A DNA stretch of 64,000 nt, taken from positions 68,758,001 to 68,822,000 of the forward strand of contig NC_043001.1 of assembly GCF_006345805.1 (NCBI RefSeq), in the 5' to 3' direction. The notes under the pieces are model-generated. The model did not search any database. It saw only the letters and a program-made list of their open reading frames with translations, and had not been told where the DNA came from. This stretch comes from Octopus sinensis. Its lineage: Eukaryota. Made by a program: the position numbers and the translations under genes. Below, piece after piece: positions 41,139-55,595 of this stretch (the first letter of the stretch is position 1; every line of letters begins with the position of its first letter).

Positions 41139-42652
41139 TATATATAGTATATGTAAACAGACGCGCGCGCACACATACAAAATGCTTCTTAACTAAAAAT
41201 TGTGCAGTAGTGTCTCACGAAACTCTCTGGAATGCTTTAAATATACGCGATATAACAGTAACTGCTGATAAAAATTCCTTCCATTAGATCAACATGAATG
41301 GAATGAAAGTTGCTTGAATAATAATGGTAATGATGTGAAAGAAAGTCACTTGGTAGGAACATTGATGATGGCAATGCCCATGTTAAATTTGATTTATTAT
41401 CCATTTTAGCGTTTGATGTGTTATTCAGTTTCCAACATATGTACCTATCAGTTTGTCTATCCTCTCTCACTCCCTATGTATGTGTGTATGTATGTATACA
41501 TGTATGTATGTATACATGTACGTATCTATGTATGTGTATATATGTATGTGTATATATGTATATATAGACACACGTGGTAGTCTTCCTGGAAGCTGCATAT
41601 TGTGTGGTAAAGACAGAGGACGAAAGAAAGTCGATGCTGAAGAGGAGAGAAGAGCTTTTAGCGTATATTTCTTTTGTCTACTGTGGAGAATGTTTTCAAA
41701 GAGCGATAAGAGTGAAATGAACATAGATCTTACTCCGTATAATTATTTTCGTTTATTATTCTTTATAAGCATTATCGTAAATAAGGATAAACTCTGAGGC
41801 TTGTGGCCGGCAAGTTTGCAAATTATTTGGACTCGAATTCATCTGTTGCAAATATTTATAATGCCTCATTATCTGAACTTTGTCGATTGGCGTTCATTTA
41901 AGCTGACATGATGGGGGGGGGGGTGAACTAATGTGTAGCACTTACATTTGATCACTATAAACAAATCATCTGCACAGGTTGTTTAGCACGAAATTGCAAA
42001 AACGTCTTTCTCGGACAACGAGAGAGTAACTTTGCGTCACTGTCACCATACAAAATTGTATAAAGCAGAACGGACAATTTTTTGCTCCAGACTTAACTAT
42101 TAGTGTAGTTATCTCATCGATAATAGTTCTGCAAATAGTAAGCCTATGCTTCGAGGCATTACACTCACAATTGGATGAAAGCCGAAATTACAAGTTGTTG
42201 CTCTTTGACATGGAAAATAAAATTTTGCATATTTCAGCGATTTAAAATCGTGGCTTTACCTTTTAAGATGCAGTCATTCACAAGTGTGCTTAGTGTAAAA
42301 GTGTACACGGAGGACATTTCCAAATAGACCAAAACTTCAGAAAATATTTAGAAAGAGGGAAGTAATCACCCCTACATTTTATATGTATCGACAACATCGG
42401 CAGATATTTCTAGCGCTTGCTATGCCAGACCACTAACATAACACTTAAATAACACAAACACTATAATGCCCAAAATGTTATGGTTAGCTGTACATCACCT
42501 TCTCTGTCCTGCGACAAAATGAAGAACACAAAAGTACCCACCCATGAGGCAAACAAACATCTTCAATTTCTCGAAAGCTGTTTACTTTTCTGTTTAACCA
42601 ATGCTGTTTCTCCAAACGAATGGCATATCGAACATCAGATACACTCAGAGTG

Positions 42653-42698
<46 letters not shown>

Positions 42699-43115
42699 AC
42701 ACACACGCATATGTATGTAAGTATGTAGTTAATTAATTAATATGGTCAGAAGCAGTATAATGACCAAAAGGCAATGCTCATATACAACTTGATGTGAACG
42801 TCGTGTTACAAAACAGAATACTGCGTTCTATACGCTGAGAGAGCCTTTCATGTGGACACGTGGTGCATAAGAGCATTCATATTTATATCGTTGACGAATG
42901 AGAAAGGTCTGCTACGGGCGCCGAAAGTGCGGTTTGGGCTACCTAGTAGCAGACTTGTGGTAGCGATATAACAACGGAATATCCTTGTGAATAATATATA
43001 GAATTTCAGTCTCTATTCATTTACTGAAATCGCAAATAGCCTGGACACACACATGTGTGTGGGGTGAACGGGAAGCCGGTTACTTATCTCTATCTATCGA
43101 TCTATTTATCCATCC

Positions 43116-43209
<94 letters not shown>

Positions 43210-43410
43210 ACATACATACATACATACATACATACATACATACATACATACATACATACATACATACATAAGTCACAATATAAGGATTCAAGTAATCCAG
43301 TAGTACTAATAAAAAAGCTCCTTAATGTAACATTCTACAAAACATATAAAATATACATTACGATACAAGAGAAAATGGAAAGGAATGTATAACGTTATAA
43401 ATGACAGAAA

Positions 43411-43797
43411 TAGTTTGATGAAATTCCATTTCACAGTTTTTTATCTCTACATTTATGATATTTTGTTTTCCAGGATTTTCTTGGATACTGTAATTTTCAT
43501 TTACATTACTAAAATTCCTTTCTAGTTATTAGACAATCGTCTTATTGTTTTCCATAATCTTTTAAATATTAACTTTGCGTTCTTGAAACATTACGTCGAG
43601 AATTAATGTTTATGAAACACTTTCTTCACATGAGGTTGTAGCTTAATTTCTGCATTGATTTGAAAGAATTTTGCAGTTTGCCTTAATGCAGATGTGTATA
43701 TAATTTATTTTCTAGTAAGTATAATAATATAAATTGCCTACATGATTAAAGTTTGTCATGATATTTCAATTTACTCTCGTTAAATGAAATTTCATCA

Positions 43798-43802
<5 letters not shown>
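43411..43802. mobile_element. ~390-bp MITE-like element with 21-bp TIRs, TA-flanked
   Basis: tagtttgatgaaattccattt / aaatgaaatttcatcaaacta (1 mismatch). Confidence 0.5.
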
Positions 43803-43845
<43 letters not shown>

Positions 43846-43849
<4 letters not shown>

Positions 43850-44260
43850 ATTTTCTTTCAAAATTAGCCAAAAAACCTTTTATCATTAATTAAAAAATTT
43901 TAGGATAGCAAAAAATATTTATAGAAAAATTCTTTGTTACCAGTGGTCTAGCGAGAAGGAAAAAATTATTTTAATTTATATAAGATTGCAGAAACAATGC
44001 ATAGTCTAGGAGAAATAGGGTAAATGTTTTTATTTTTCATTCCCTTTCAGAATTGCAACTATTAGTAGCTTGGAGTTTTAACTGTTGTTTCTAGTGACTC
44101 AGATGTCCTATTATTGGTAATTTCTTATGTGTTTAAATGTACACTGTACTTTTCTAAGCATAATGTATAGTCTATTGACTAAATTTTTCTTTCTCGCTAG
44201 ATCACTGGTAACAAAAAATTTTCTATAAATATTTTTGCTACCCTAAGATTTTTTAATTAA

Positions 44261-44302
<42 letters not shown>

Positions 44303-44912
44303 CAGACTTTTTTCAGTTTCCGTCTACCAAATCTACTCACAAGGCTTTGGTCGGTCCGAAGCTATAGCAGAAGACGCTTGCCCAAGGTACCACGAAGTGG
44401 AACTGTACCTGGAACCCTGTGGTTGGTTAGCAAGCTACTTACTATACGATGAGAAAATATTATTATTTATTGATTAAAAAACTGACAAAAATCACTTACA
44501 GCTGTTTCGTTAACGGTTTGCTGCCGTTTACTCAACATGCAGGAATTGAACACCTATTTTGTATATCTTTATTTACCTCTGAAGAGATTCGATTCTGAAA
44601 CAATTTTTTATTTAATTAATTAATTTTCTGAACGTCTGGAACTTAAACATCTGTTTGGGCTGTTTATCAATTTTTTTAATAAATAAATAACAATTTATTA
44701 ATTGCCTCTCTAATTTCTCATCTTATAAATATAATAAATAAATATATTTGTAGGCGCAGGAGTGGGTGTATAGTAAGTAGCTTGCTAACCAACCACAGGG
44801 TTCCAGGTACAGTTCCACTTCGTGGTACCTTGGGCAAGCGTCTTCTGCTATAGCTTCAGACCGACCAAAGCCTTGTGAGTAGATTTAGTAGACGGAAACT
44901 GAAAGAAGTCTG

Positions 44913-44961
<49 letters not shown>

Positions 44962-45372
44962 TAATTAAAAAATCTTAGGGTAGCAAAAATATTTATAGAA
45001 AATTTTTTGTTACAAGTGATCTAGCGAGAAAGAAAAATGTAGTCAATAGACTATACATTATGCTTAGAAAAGTACAGTGTACATTTAAACACATAAGAAA
45101 TTACCAATAATAGGACATCTGAGTCACTAGAAACAACAGTTAAAACTCCAAGCTACTAATAGTTGCAATTCTGAAAGGGAATGAAAAATAAAAACATTTA
45201 CCCTATTTCTCCTAGACTATGCATTGTTTCTGCAATCTTATATAAATTAAAATAATTTTTTCCTTCTCGCTAGACCACTGGTAACAAAGAATTTTTCTAT
45301 AAATATTTTTTGCTATCCTAAGATTTTTTAATTAATGATAAAATGTTTTTGCTAATTTTGAAAGAAAATCGC
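43846..45372. repeat. ~1.5-kb near-perfect inverted duplication (~600-bp arms, ~320-bp spacer); each arm contains a 380-bp MITE, (TA)n and a SINE
   Basis: 43846-44447 is the reverse complement of 44767-45372 with few differences. The MITE (43884-44263 and 44957-45338) has its own ~75-bp TIRs. Confidence 0.9.
44750..44915 (+). mobile_element. tRNA-derived SINE (other copies on - at 44297-44447, 58298-58440 and 62559-62638)
   Basis: gtaggcgcaggagt...ccttgggcaag...tagacggaaactgaaagaag followed by (TA)n. Confidence 0.8.
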
Positions 45373-45781
45373 AATTTATTTACTGCCGGATAGTTCCGCA
45401 TTTGCACGGAGGATTCGAAAAATCATAACATATAGACACGTGGCATTTTACTTATCGCCTCGTAGCTATATGTTGATCCCTGGTATCTTACTGACGAAGT
45501 AACGCCAGATATAAATTAAAGTTAGCGTAAGTTAGCGGTTCGGCAAAAGAAACCAAAAGAATAAGTCCTGTGGTTGATTTGTTCGACTAAAGGCGGCGCT
45601 CCAGCATGGCTGCAATCAAATGACTGGAACAAAACAAAATAACATATAAACCACGGTTTACAAAGTTTGCCTTGCACTTGAGTATTAAATGTAATGTTCA
45701 ATATTCTTTGTAAAGGTAACTAACCAGTACTTTCATAGCATTTTGCTATCCCTGAATAAGGTTTGTAACCTTTAATTTGCG

Positions 45782-45820
<39 letters not shown>

Positions 45821-46630
45821 GTGTGTGTGATTGTGTGTGTGTATATATATATGTATTCATAAATATACATTCGTATATATGTAAATATTGGATAGCTTAG
45901 TATATGTATGTTTGTAGAATATGGATTGATACAAAGCCCACTGCCAGCAAGAATAGTTGCAATGGTCTGGGACTCCCAACTATGTCCGCTCGATAGATTT
46001 TGCTTACGCAATATCTTCTATCAGTACAAAGTAATAACACCACCAGTAAAGTTTCGTTTCACCATACTGACTTTAACTATACCATCTGGCCCACCTCTGT
46101 GTTTATTCTATTCTACTTCCGTTCCTATGATTCCTCTTCTATCTCTCTGTGTTGATTTCTTCTTTTCTACCTCAGTTCCTTATTTCCTAAATCGTAGATA
46201 CCTGCTTCTCACTCTCTACCTCTCGTTCTTGATGTTCTTCCTCGATACTTCCTTTATAAATCCATCCTTTATAAATTCTTTTATAAATTCATCGCACTAT
46301 TATATGAACCACTTTTGTCAACCTTCCCTTGATGAGAGTAGCCGGACTAATTGTAATTTCTTTCTGTCACTATTTACTGGTTTCATATCCAAGGATATTT
46401 GCATATTCCATCAATAGTGACTTGTATGATTATTATGTGTCTACGAACTTTCTGAATCAGCTGTCGAGTTATAAAATTAGGCACTTTCGTCTCACTCTGC
46501 GTTTTTGCACTCTATGTAAATGTGTGTATGTATGCATGTATGTATGTATGTATGTATGTATGTATGTATGTATGTATGTATGTATGTATGTATGTATGTA
46601 TGTATGTATATATATGTATATATATTTACG

Positions 46631-46679
<49 letters not shown>

Positions 46680-46685
<6 letters not shown>

Positions 46686-47560
46686 CATGTAAATCACGTT
46701 CTATCTCTGTGTATGTATGTTTGTAAAAGATTATAACGAGCATATTTTTCAATTGATCCCGCTGAAATTTTACACATTAGGTAAAAGATGTCACATTGGG
46801 TGCATCACTTAAATTTCATAACATAATCGTTAGTTTCAAAGTGAGATTTGCTCTTTTTTAATCAAAATCTTGATAGAAAATCCGATTTCAAAAGTGCTTA
46901 TTGGCTATCATTCCGCAAATCAAGTACAAACAGTCCCTATGGTCATCCAGTCAGCACCAGAGCATTAATTGCATTAAACTTTCAAAGCAATTTCCTGAAA
47001 GAACATTTGTGATTGCAGTAACAATCGATATCATTATAAAATGAACTGTACTCGAACACGTGCATTCAGATATGTCATTCTGTGCTTAATAAATAAGCTA
47101 ACACAAAAGAGTAAGAAGACAAGTAAATTATTTTGAATGACTAAAAATGAAATAAAATATTATCTTTAACGAATAAATGGCACTAACTGGTGCGCTTTAG
47201 CGATGTGGGATTTTTTGTGTTGGAATACTATATTTAGTGCTTGCAAACAGCAACGAGGTATATTCAATTGATATTTTAAAGATGCATTCAGTTACAGATT
47301 TTCGATAGGATGCCTCGAAAAAGAAAGAGTCACATTAACAGAAAACTGAAAATTGACCCCGTTTTGCGTTCCTTGCGAGCAAGCGAGACAAAAGAACAAT
47401 GTTTGCTGGGCGTGGTCGCAATGATGCTTCTACTTCTATCGCCTACAGACTGCTCGACAAGCAGAACTCCAGCGTACTCGAAATGCTGCTTCTATTGCAG
47501 TTACTAGAGAATCACAGACAGAAGCGGAATTACACTATTTTAGACTCCAGTACTATCACG
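46680..47560 (+). mobile_element. Helitron relic: 5' non-coding region and frameshifted Rep/Hel N-terminus
   Basis: MPRKRKSHINRK...LRSLRASETKEQ (47310) then [18 protein letters not shown] in a shifted frame, resembling the ASETEEQ repeats of invertebrate Helitron proteins. Confidence 0.5.
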
Positions 47561-47572
47561 GACGTTTGTTAG

Positions 47573-47612
<40 letters not shown>

Positions 47613-47703
47613 GTGTGTGTGTGTTTGTGTGTTTGTTCCAAACATAATTGCGTTTATCTGCATTACTAATACTCTTCCTCTCTCTCTCTCCCTCCCTTTC
47701 TAT

Positions 47704-47809
<106 letters not shown>

Positions 47810-48962
47810 GTATAGACATGCACACACACATACACGCACACGCATACACACACACAGAAAGCTTGAGAGAACTAGTATGGATAGATAATCGTATACATTT
47901 CTTGTAAAGCGTGTTACCAAACTTTTGCTACACTATTATGAGCATATAACCCAATTACTAGATGTAAGTACATTAGTGCTAAAAGAATGTGCATAGGATA
48001 TGAAACACCATTCAAGTAAAATCGTTTGAAGTGAAGGTGATAGATAAAATATCGTTCGTAAATTGCTCAAATTTTTCCTGGAAATGAAAATAGATAAAAT
48101 CAACGAAATATAACAACAAATAGAAGAAACTTGGAAAGGAGTTCATATTCGAAACATTGAAGGACCTCTCTTTTTATATGCCAATGGAACATCAATGGAC
48201 CAACTTTCTAATTGTGCAGAAGAGAAACATCTGGCAAAGAGAAGTGAAATCATATTAGCAAAATGGTAAAAAGGCGAGAACTATTATAGTTTCTACATGT
48301 AAACACACAAAAAATGGCAGAAAGGAGCCAAGGAAAAAGATTTAAGGGTTATTCGAACTGCAGGAAATAGCAAGTGACTACAAACAAATAAAAAGAGAAT
48401 AATACATTGCTGTAATGTAGGACTAGGTAGTTACAAAAAACAAACTGGCCGCAGCTGGAATTCCGTTGAGCATAGCTTTGCTTCACCAATGTTGACCTGA
48501 GTAAATATAAAGAAGGTCATCAACACCGAAACAACAAATGCTTAAACATTGATGTATCTTAGAGATGAAAAATACTAGTTTAACACCATAAAACTGTACA
48601 TGTGTAATAAATCATACTGTATAGACACCACACATATATCTTTCTTTACTTTTGGAATATATTGAATACTGTAGATTAAATACCGAATTTAGTAGTCATT
48701 GGAACATTTCCAGTGCAGAAAAGCGAAACATGATGCTAAAATATGCTTTTATCGATAGACTCACAGAATAGCGTCATGGAAACGGCGATAGTCTTTTTAA
48801 AAATACATGTACAATCTATACTTTTCTGTTGCTCATAGAACTGGGAAATTTCATACGCTATAGAAACTCAAATACTCGCTTACGTAGACGTATATATTTG
48901 TGTGTGTATACAAGCGCATACTTGTGTTATATATACATGCATCATACATACACATATATATG

Positions 48963-48994
<32 letters not shown>

Positions 48995-49249
48995 CGATGT
49001 ACATTGGTTTATGTGTTTCTTTGCTGTAGTTTTATTTAAGTTAGTGTTTAATCCTGGTCATAATTTGATTGGCCGGATGAATGTGGTTATTAAACTTTCA
49101 CTTTTATATTATACTATGGAAGACGGTAGAGAATATGAATTTTGCATGACGTATTGGATTGGTCGCTATTTAGTTATGTATTTTGTAGTTTGTTGTAATT
49201 TACTTACTGAATTTATTTGCTGGTAGACTAGTACATAAGGTAAATGTGT

Positions 49250-49400
49250 TTGAAAGTTGTGCTTTCTTTGGTATGTTTGTCCCCAAATGACACTTATTTT
49301 AGTGCTGTTGACACTGCCGGATTGAATGGTACTGCCCAGGTGTCGAAACCATTATGATATGCGTGGGGCAGCTGATGATGGAGGTATGTTGGATTGTTGA
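49250..49400 (-). mobile_element. Highly decayed PLE endonuclease C-terminal relic (related relic at 24085-24150, +)
   Basis: ccatcatcagctgcccc...tcgacacc...cattcaat aligns with 24085-24143 and partly with the WSIIGSAAP codons at ~16740. Confidence 0.35.
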
Positions 49401-50910
49401 TTGTCGGTATGGCTGTTTTTGTATATGTGGAATAGTATTATAACACATCCTTCTGATATAAGTATATATATATATATATCAGCAATAATTTAGGCCCTAC
49501 CTCACACAATTTATATTCATACCTACAGTATGCTTTGCTTGCATAATAATAATTATTATTTTTCATCTCTATATCACCCACATATGCATTTCTAGATTTG
49601 TTTCATCGGTCAATTAATCCAAACTCTTTCCAATAAAAAGACGAATAGAGATAAACCGTTGTTCCGAATTATGGCACTTATTTGGAATAAGTAGCGTTCC
49701 TCCTTTTTTAAAATGAATAACCACATAATATTTTCATTTATTTTGCACAAATTCTCAACTTCCTCATAGAAGTAAGTGTAAATAAATTTCTTTTTTCATC
49801 CATTTTATAGTTTTTCTGCAAAATGGAAAGTATCTGTTAGTGTATTGAAATGTTACTAATAGCATTCATTTTTCTTTAGAGCAATTGATGAAAATTTTCT
49901 TCATAACCGTAGTACTTCTAAATTTTATTTTACATGTATACCCTCCACTATTAATTGATCTTAACAAGTAAAGATATATGAATATTTATGAGAGAACCTT
50001 TGATTTAATTCCTGCCCTATCGTTACCTTATTATACAATTAGCTTATTCTTTCTCAGCCATAACTTTAAAAACATTAGAATCTGCACATAAACGTTTTAT
50101 CATATATCCCTAATCACTTACTGTTATAATTTACAACTTCGTTCGATTAAATGTAATATTATTTCATTGTACTCCCACCCCAGCAAATCTATTTCTCTCT
50201 TTATTATCATTTAAAAAATATTTTTCACATCACTCCCTATTTCTTATCTTTCTTCTTTAATTCAATCTATTTACACAGCGTCTTCACAATATCTTACCCT
50301 TATTACATTATGTCTCTCTCAACCTTATCTATTCTCTTAAATGGATGTATAATGTTCATCTAAACGCATACTTATCTTTTTTTATATTTTAACTCCCTAA
50401 TAGGTTTTTAGAAAGTTTTGATTATCTAATGCCACCTAGGATTACTCCATCGGCGTCCCCTCTAACTTCTCTAACAAACTAATGTTTACATTACGTAGAA
50501 AGTCAGCATATGAATATATAGTTTTCATCCACCTTATCTAGAAAGCTCTTTACCACTAACTTGTATTCCTGTGAGAAGAATATGTAAGCATTAGCCTTTT
50601 GAATGAGATGGCCCTGAAGATATCTACGCACTTTCGTGTTATTTCTTACATCTAAAACTCTTAATATTTCGAAGTACTGTTTACATAGTGACCAGATTGA
50701 AACATAGTGACAAGTTTGAAGCATATTTTATTTTATTTTCCGTTAATCTCTATGCTCATTTAAGTTTTATTTGTATCAAAATATTTGGTGTGTTCATATT
50801 GTGACACAAATAAAATAAGTATTCCCAATACTTTTTCCTTTTTCTTGTATATATACACACACACACAAACACACGCGCACACTCAGATATACAAAAACAT
50901 GTATTTATGT

Positions 50911-50943
<33 letters not shown>

Positions 50944-51306
50944 CACCACACACACACACACACATATATATATACATCCGGGTATGATTGCATTAATGTT
51001 CTCATAATGGATAATTTTTTTATATGGTCACCTTCTGTCCGTCTTCTACACATTCCTTAACTTAGATTTCAATTTTAGCTTAAGTAAACTAAGTCAGTGA
51101 AAAATGATGCTAACTGTCACTGCTAATGACATTCCACTTCAGCATTGCATATACGATTATATCTAAATAGAGTATCACTCAACAACCTAAATGTTTGATA
51201 ATTAATAGATGTATGTATATATGTGTATGTATGTACACACACACATATACATACGCACATATATACATATACATATATACATACACACACGCACACACAC
51301 GCGCGT

Positions 51307-51360
<54 letters not shown>

Positions 51361-51364
<4 letters not shown>

Positions 51365-53038
51365 TGCCCCATCAGGTCACAGAGGGTAAGACCTCCCATC
51401 ACCTCAGCAGTGAAGAAAAACACCACAGAGCGCTTTAGTGGCTGGACCATACTCGCCCAAGTCCCTGAGAACAACAATCAGGTCAAAGGAATGATTGCAC
51501 ATACAATAGGGGCTAGAATAAGATCCACCTTGAAGAACCACATAGTAAAGTTTAACAGAAAACTATACATGCAGGTTCAAGGTGCAGCCATTGGTGTCGG
51601 TGTAGCTGGAGATGTGGTCGGCCTCTTCATGACCTGGTGGGACAGAAAACTTAAACAATCCTTAGCAGAATAGTCCACAACTCTTTCAGACAACATTAAT
51701 ATCCTATTACACAACATTAATATTCTAGTTAAGACCAACTCTAATTACAGATGAACATAATGGAGAGTATCCAAAATGTAGTGAACTCCACCCACCAAAG
51801 TATCAAGGTAACTATAAATTACCTAACTAGGCACCCAAACAATAGACTCCTCGTCCTTGATAATGAACTTTGATTACAGACTGTAAACAATAGAGTGCAG
51901 CTCCTCCACTCCTATTACATGAAACCCATAGCTTCGAAGAATGTTGTTCACAAGTACTCAGCTTTGTCACACAATATGAAAATCAACATTCTGATTGCAG
52001 ACTTAGGATAATGAACAACATGTCCTTACTATACAAGCCCCATGAAACGAAGAAACATGTACACAACATCATGTACCGCATGCAATTCAATGATAAGAAA
52101 GATAGGGTATACAGGAGAAGTTAGATAACATTATATGTAATGAAACCAGTGGTACCTGCCCTACATATAATAACACTGGAATGAGATCGCAATTGACGTC
52201 ATGCTTTGAAAACCTGGACTATGCTGATGACATTGCTATACTGTCTTCCAGCTAATCACAGATGCAACAGAAAACCAACAAAATGTCAAGCGTTGCAAAG
52301 ATAGTGAGGTGGGATTAAAGATTAATGAGAAAACTAAGACCTTGCGATGGAACAAGAAGACAGACCCTATTCAAATAGATGATAAGGACATTGAAGACGT
52401 GGATAACTTCAGTTAAGTGCAATTGTCAGTAAAGGAGATGATGGAGGGAAAGCTATGATAAGCAGAATCAATAGAGCCAGAAGTGCTTTTATCAAATTGG
52501 ACAAAGTATGGCGATCAAAACAATTAGGAAGAGATGCAAAAATCAAAATCTACAAAACACTGGTAAGACCTGTACCTCTTTATGGCTGTGAAGCTTGGAA
52601 AATGAGCAATAGTGATGAGAGAAAACTGGATTCTTTTCAGTAAAACGGCATGAAGAAAATAATGGAGATAGGCTGGCCAAACATCATATCAATGGATGAA
52701 CTCAATAAAATAACCCAAGTCCCCAGGATAAGTCAAGAAGTGAAAAAGAAAAGATCGAATGGGATTGGACATGTATTGAGAAAAGGACCAAATCATTATT
52801 GCATGACTGCCTTGATTGTCAACCTCAGGGAAGAGAAAAGTTGGTAGACCAAAAACCACATAGAGAAGGACTGTGGAAAAGGAAAGGAATCAAGTTGGAA
52901 AATCATCATGGAATGCGGCAAGAAAACTTGCAAAGGAGAGGGACAAATGGAAGACGAGCATGGAGACCTTATATGTTAGCTGGCACAAAGAGGATAGATA
53001 GATTTATAGATAACTAGATAGATAACTAGATAGATAAC

Positions 53039-53116
<78 letters not shown>

Positions 53117-53760
53117 CAGGCGTGCCAGGAAGAAGATAACATTATATGTAATGAAACCAGTGGTACCTGCCCTAGATATAGAAGTAAAGCCTGGAATAGA
53201 ATACAAAGGGTTTCTGACAAAGCAAACAGGGTCAGCATGTGGTACAAGACCGACAGATACCGAGGAATGATGCTCTTGGAGAACTAGCCCGTAAATTTAG
53301 AAAAGGTCTGCAGGAGGTCAAACGCAACATTAAGATCTTTGAAAAGCCAGGGAACTCCGTCAGATCACAACTATATAGGACGTACCCCTTTAAGAATACT
53401 ATATGCACCAATGATTAACTGCATAGTATATAGGATTAACCCTGGCATTAACTGAAGAACGAGAAATGTAGTCTACAGCATAAGGTGCATAGAAGGTACT
53501 TGTAAAGACAAGAACATGACATACCTAGGGGAGACATCTCGGAGTATTGCGGAAAGAGTAAATGATCATTTGAAACAATATGACGACAAAAAAAAAACAG
53601 TCCTCCATACTCTACCAACATGCCAGGAACCAACATGAAGACAACCTCTGTCAACTTGACATCAGCATGTTATCCGAGCGCCAGAAAGATCCAGCACTCT
53701 GACAAATACAGTTGTACGTCCTCATAAATGAAACATACCTAGTACTAAATAGGAACGTAG
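51361..53760 (+). mobile_element. Degenerate Penelope-like element (RT + GIY-YIG) interrupted by an RTE insertion
   Basis: RT: LKNHIVKFNRKLYMQVQGAAIG...VAGDVVGLFM. GIY-YIG at 53465-53760: NVVYSIRC...YLGETSRSIAERVNDH and SILYQHARNQHE. Confidence 0.85.
52190..53115 (+). mobile_element. 5'-truncated RTE LINE with (GATA)n tail, nested in the PLE
   Basis: LDYADDIAIL, SRINRARSAFIKLDKVW...KIKIYKTLVRPVPLYGCEAW. 47-bp duplication at 52123-52169 and 53134-53180. Confidence 0.85.
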
Positions 53761-54655
53761 TAGGCAGTCATACCCCTATACCCACAGTTTATATATATCT
53801 ATACAGGTAGAGTTGTTAGGGGCTGATGTGTGTATGTGTGTGTATGTGGATGTATATGCATACATGTATTTGTATATGCGTATGCATGTAGGTAAAGGGA
53901 TATGAATGTAAACAGAGAGACATACAGAGAGATAGGTACATAGATAACTTGAACAGACAAGCACACATACATACACAAATGAAGACTGAAACACGTGACC
54001 ATATACATACACACACATCTCACTTCATACAGGGACAAATATATTCAGGCACACATCCATACATAACAGACGCAGTACATAGTCACAGAAACCATACACA
54101 GACACACTCACACACACACACACAGACACATAAATAGGCAAACACACTCAGACATGCACACACAAAGAGACAAAGGTACACACACACAAACACATGCAAT
54201 CACACACACACTTACAAACACACAAACATGGACATACAAACACATGAATATGCAGAATACATACATTCAAGCGTACACACGTGATGTATGTATGCATGCG
54301 CACACACATACATGCATATACACACATACATGCATGCATACATATATACATGCATACAGTTTTGTATGTACACGCACCCTGACCCACACACATGCGCACA
54401 AACAAAAATGACGCAACTCGGATAACGGACAAAAATAGACTGCTGAAATTGAAAGACGCAACGGAAATTTTTGGTAAAAAATAAATAAGTGGGTGGAAAC
54501 TTAACAGGTGTGTGTGTTAAGTAATAAATAAGGAACTAAGATATAATGACTCTCTCTCCAGACATGAGACCACACACACTCACACAAACACACCCTCACA
54601 CACACACACATATAGGCGCAGGATATATATATGTTTGTATGTCGGTGTTTGTCTC

Positions 54656-55050
54656 CCCAACATCGTTTGACAATCGATGCTGGTGTGTTTACGTCCCCGT
54701 AAGTTAGCGGTTCGGCAAAAGAAACCGATAGAATAAGTACTAGGCTTACAAAGAATAAGTCCTGGGGTCGATTTGTTCGAATAAAGGTGGTGCTCGAGCA
54801 TGGCCGCAGTCAAATGACTAAAACAAGTAAAACAATAAAAGAATAATATGTATATTCTTTTATTATTGGATTCTCTTACTTGTTTCAGTCATTTGACTGT
54901 GGCCATGCTGGAGGGTTGAAGGGTTGAAGGGTTGAAGAGTTTTTAGTCGAATGATTCGACCCCGGGACTTATTTTTTAAAGCCTACTACTTATTCTGTCG
55001 AGTATCTTTTTCCTAACCGCTGAATTACAGAGACGTAAATACACCAACAA
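54656..55050. mobile_element. Tail-to-tail inverted pair of the same SINE family (54656-54845 +, 54855-55050 -); further copies at 45524-45640 (+) and 61855-62030 (-)
   Basis: Shared ttagcggttcggcaaaag...gcatggcc.cagtcaaatgact.aaacaagtaa blocks. Confidence 0.8.
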
Positions 55051-55166
55051 GCGATCATGGGAGACAAATACAGACAAAAAGATATATACACGCACGCACA
55101 GACACACATACACTCATATATACATATACATAGATACACACACACACACACCCACACACCCACACA

Positions 55167-55209
<43 letters not shown>

Positions 55210-55213
<4 letters not shown>

Positions 55214-55557
55214 CACCTTGATCACCTTGACCGACCAGTCCGTCGGGCATCCATTTGACACCGCTGGTCACAGCACGCTGTCCACTCCTCTCTGGATCGC
55301 GCCTTTCTCATTCACGTGATCCCAATCGTCCTCCTGAAATCGTAACTCCACCGTCGTGGAGGCCTTCCGGGTGGTCGTTTCCGCTCGCGCGGGTACCACT
55401 CGACAACTGCGCGGGTCCACCGATCATCGGTGAGCCGGGCGACGTGTCTAGTACATCTAAACTTGCTGCGTGTATACTCTGCGATGACATCCCTCACGCC
55501 GGACTTCTTTCTGATTATCTTGCTAATTATATGCTCTCTCAACGAGATACCAAGCAT
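55210..55557 (-). mobile_element. RTE LINE 3' end with short tandem tail (TCAAGGTGA)2
   Basis: ISLREHI...IRKKSGVRDVI...RHVARLTDDRWTRAVVEWYPRERKRPPGRPPRRW. Confidence 0.85.
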
Positions 55558-55595
55558 TGACCTTATTTAATTATATATATATAAATATATATATA

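Noticed and set aside
41290-41355. Possible plus-strand exon DQHEWNESCLNNNGNDVKESHL
   Set aside because: Weak donor, no recognisable homology and no partner exons.
45908-46417. 169-aa plus-strand ORF
   Set aside because: Antisense of a purine-rich low-complexity tract with no domain signature.
49330-49385. GAAAC...CTGATGA arrangement suggesting a type II hammerhead
   Set aside because: The cleavage triplet would be GUG and there is no stem I; the sequence is better explained as an antisense PLE coding relic.
50500-50600. Strong-looking minus-strand acceptor (ctaat...ttcttctcacag) with a short open exon
   Set aside because: No good donor, no homology and no other exons; cannot be supported.
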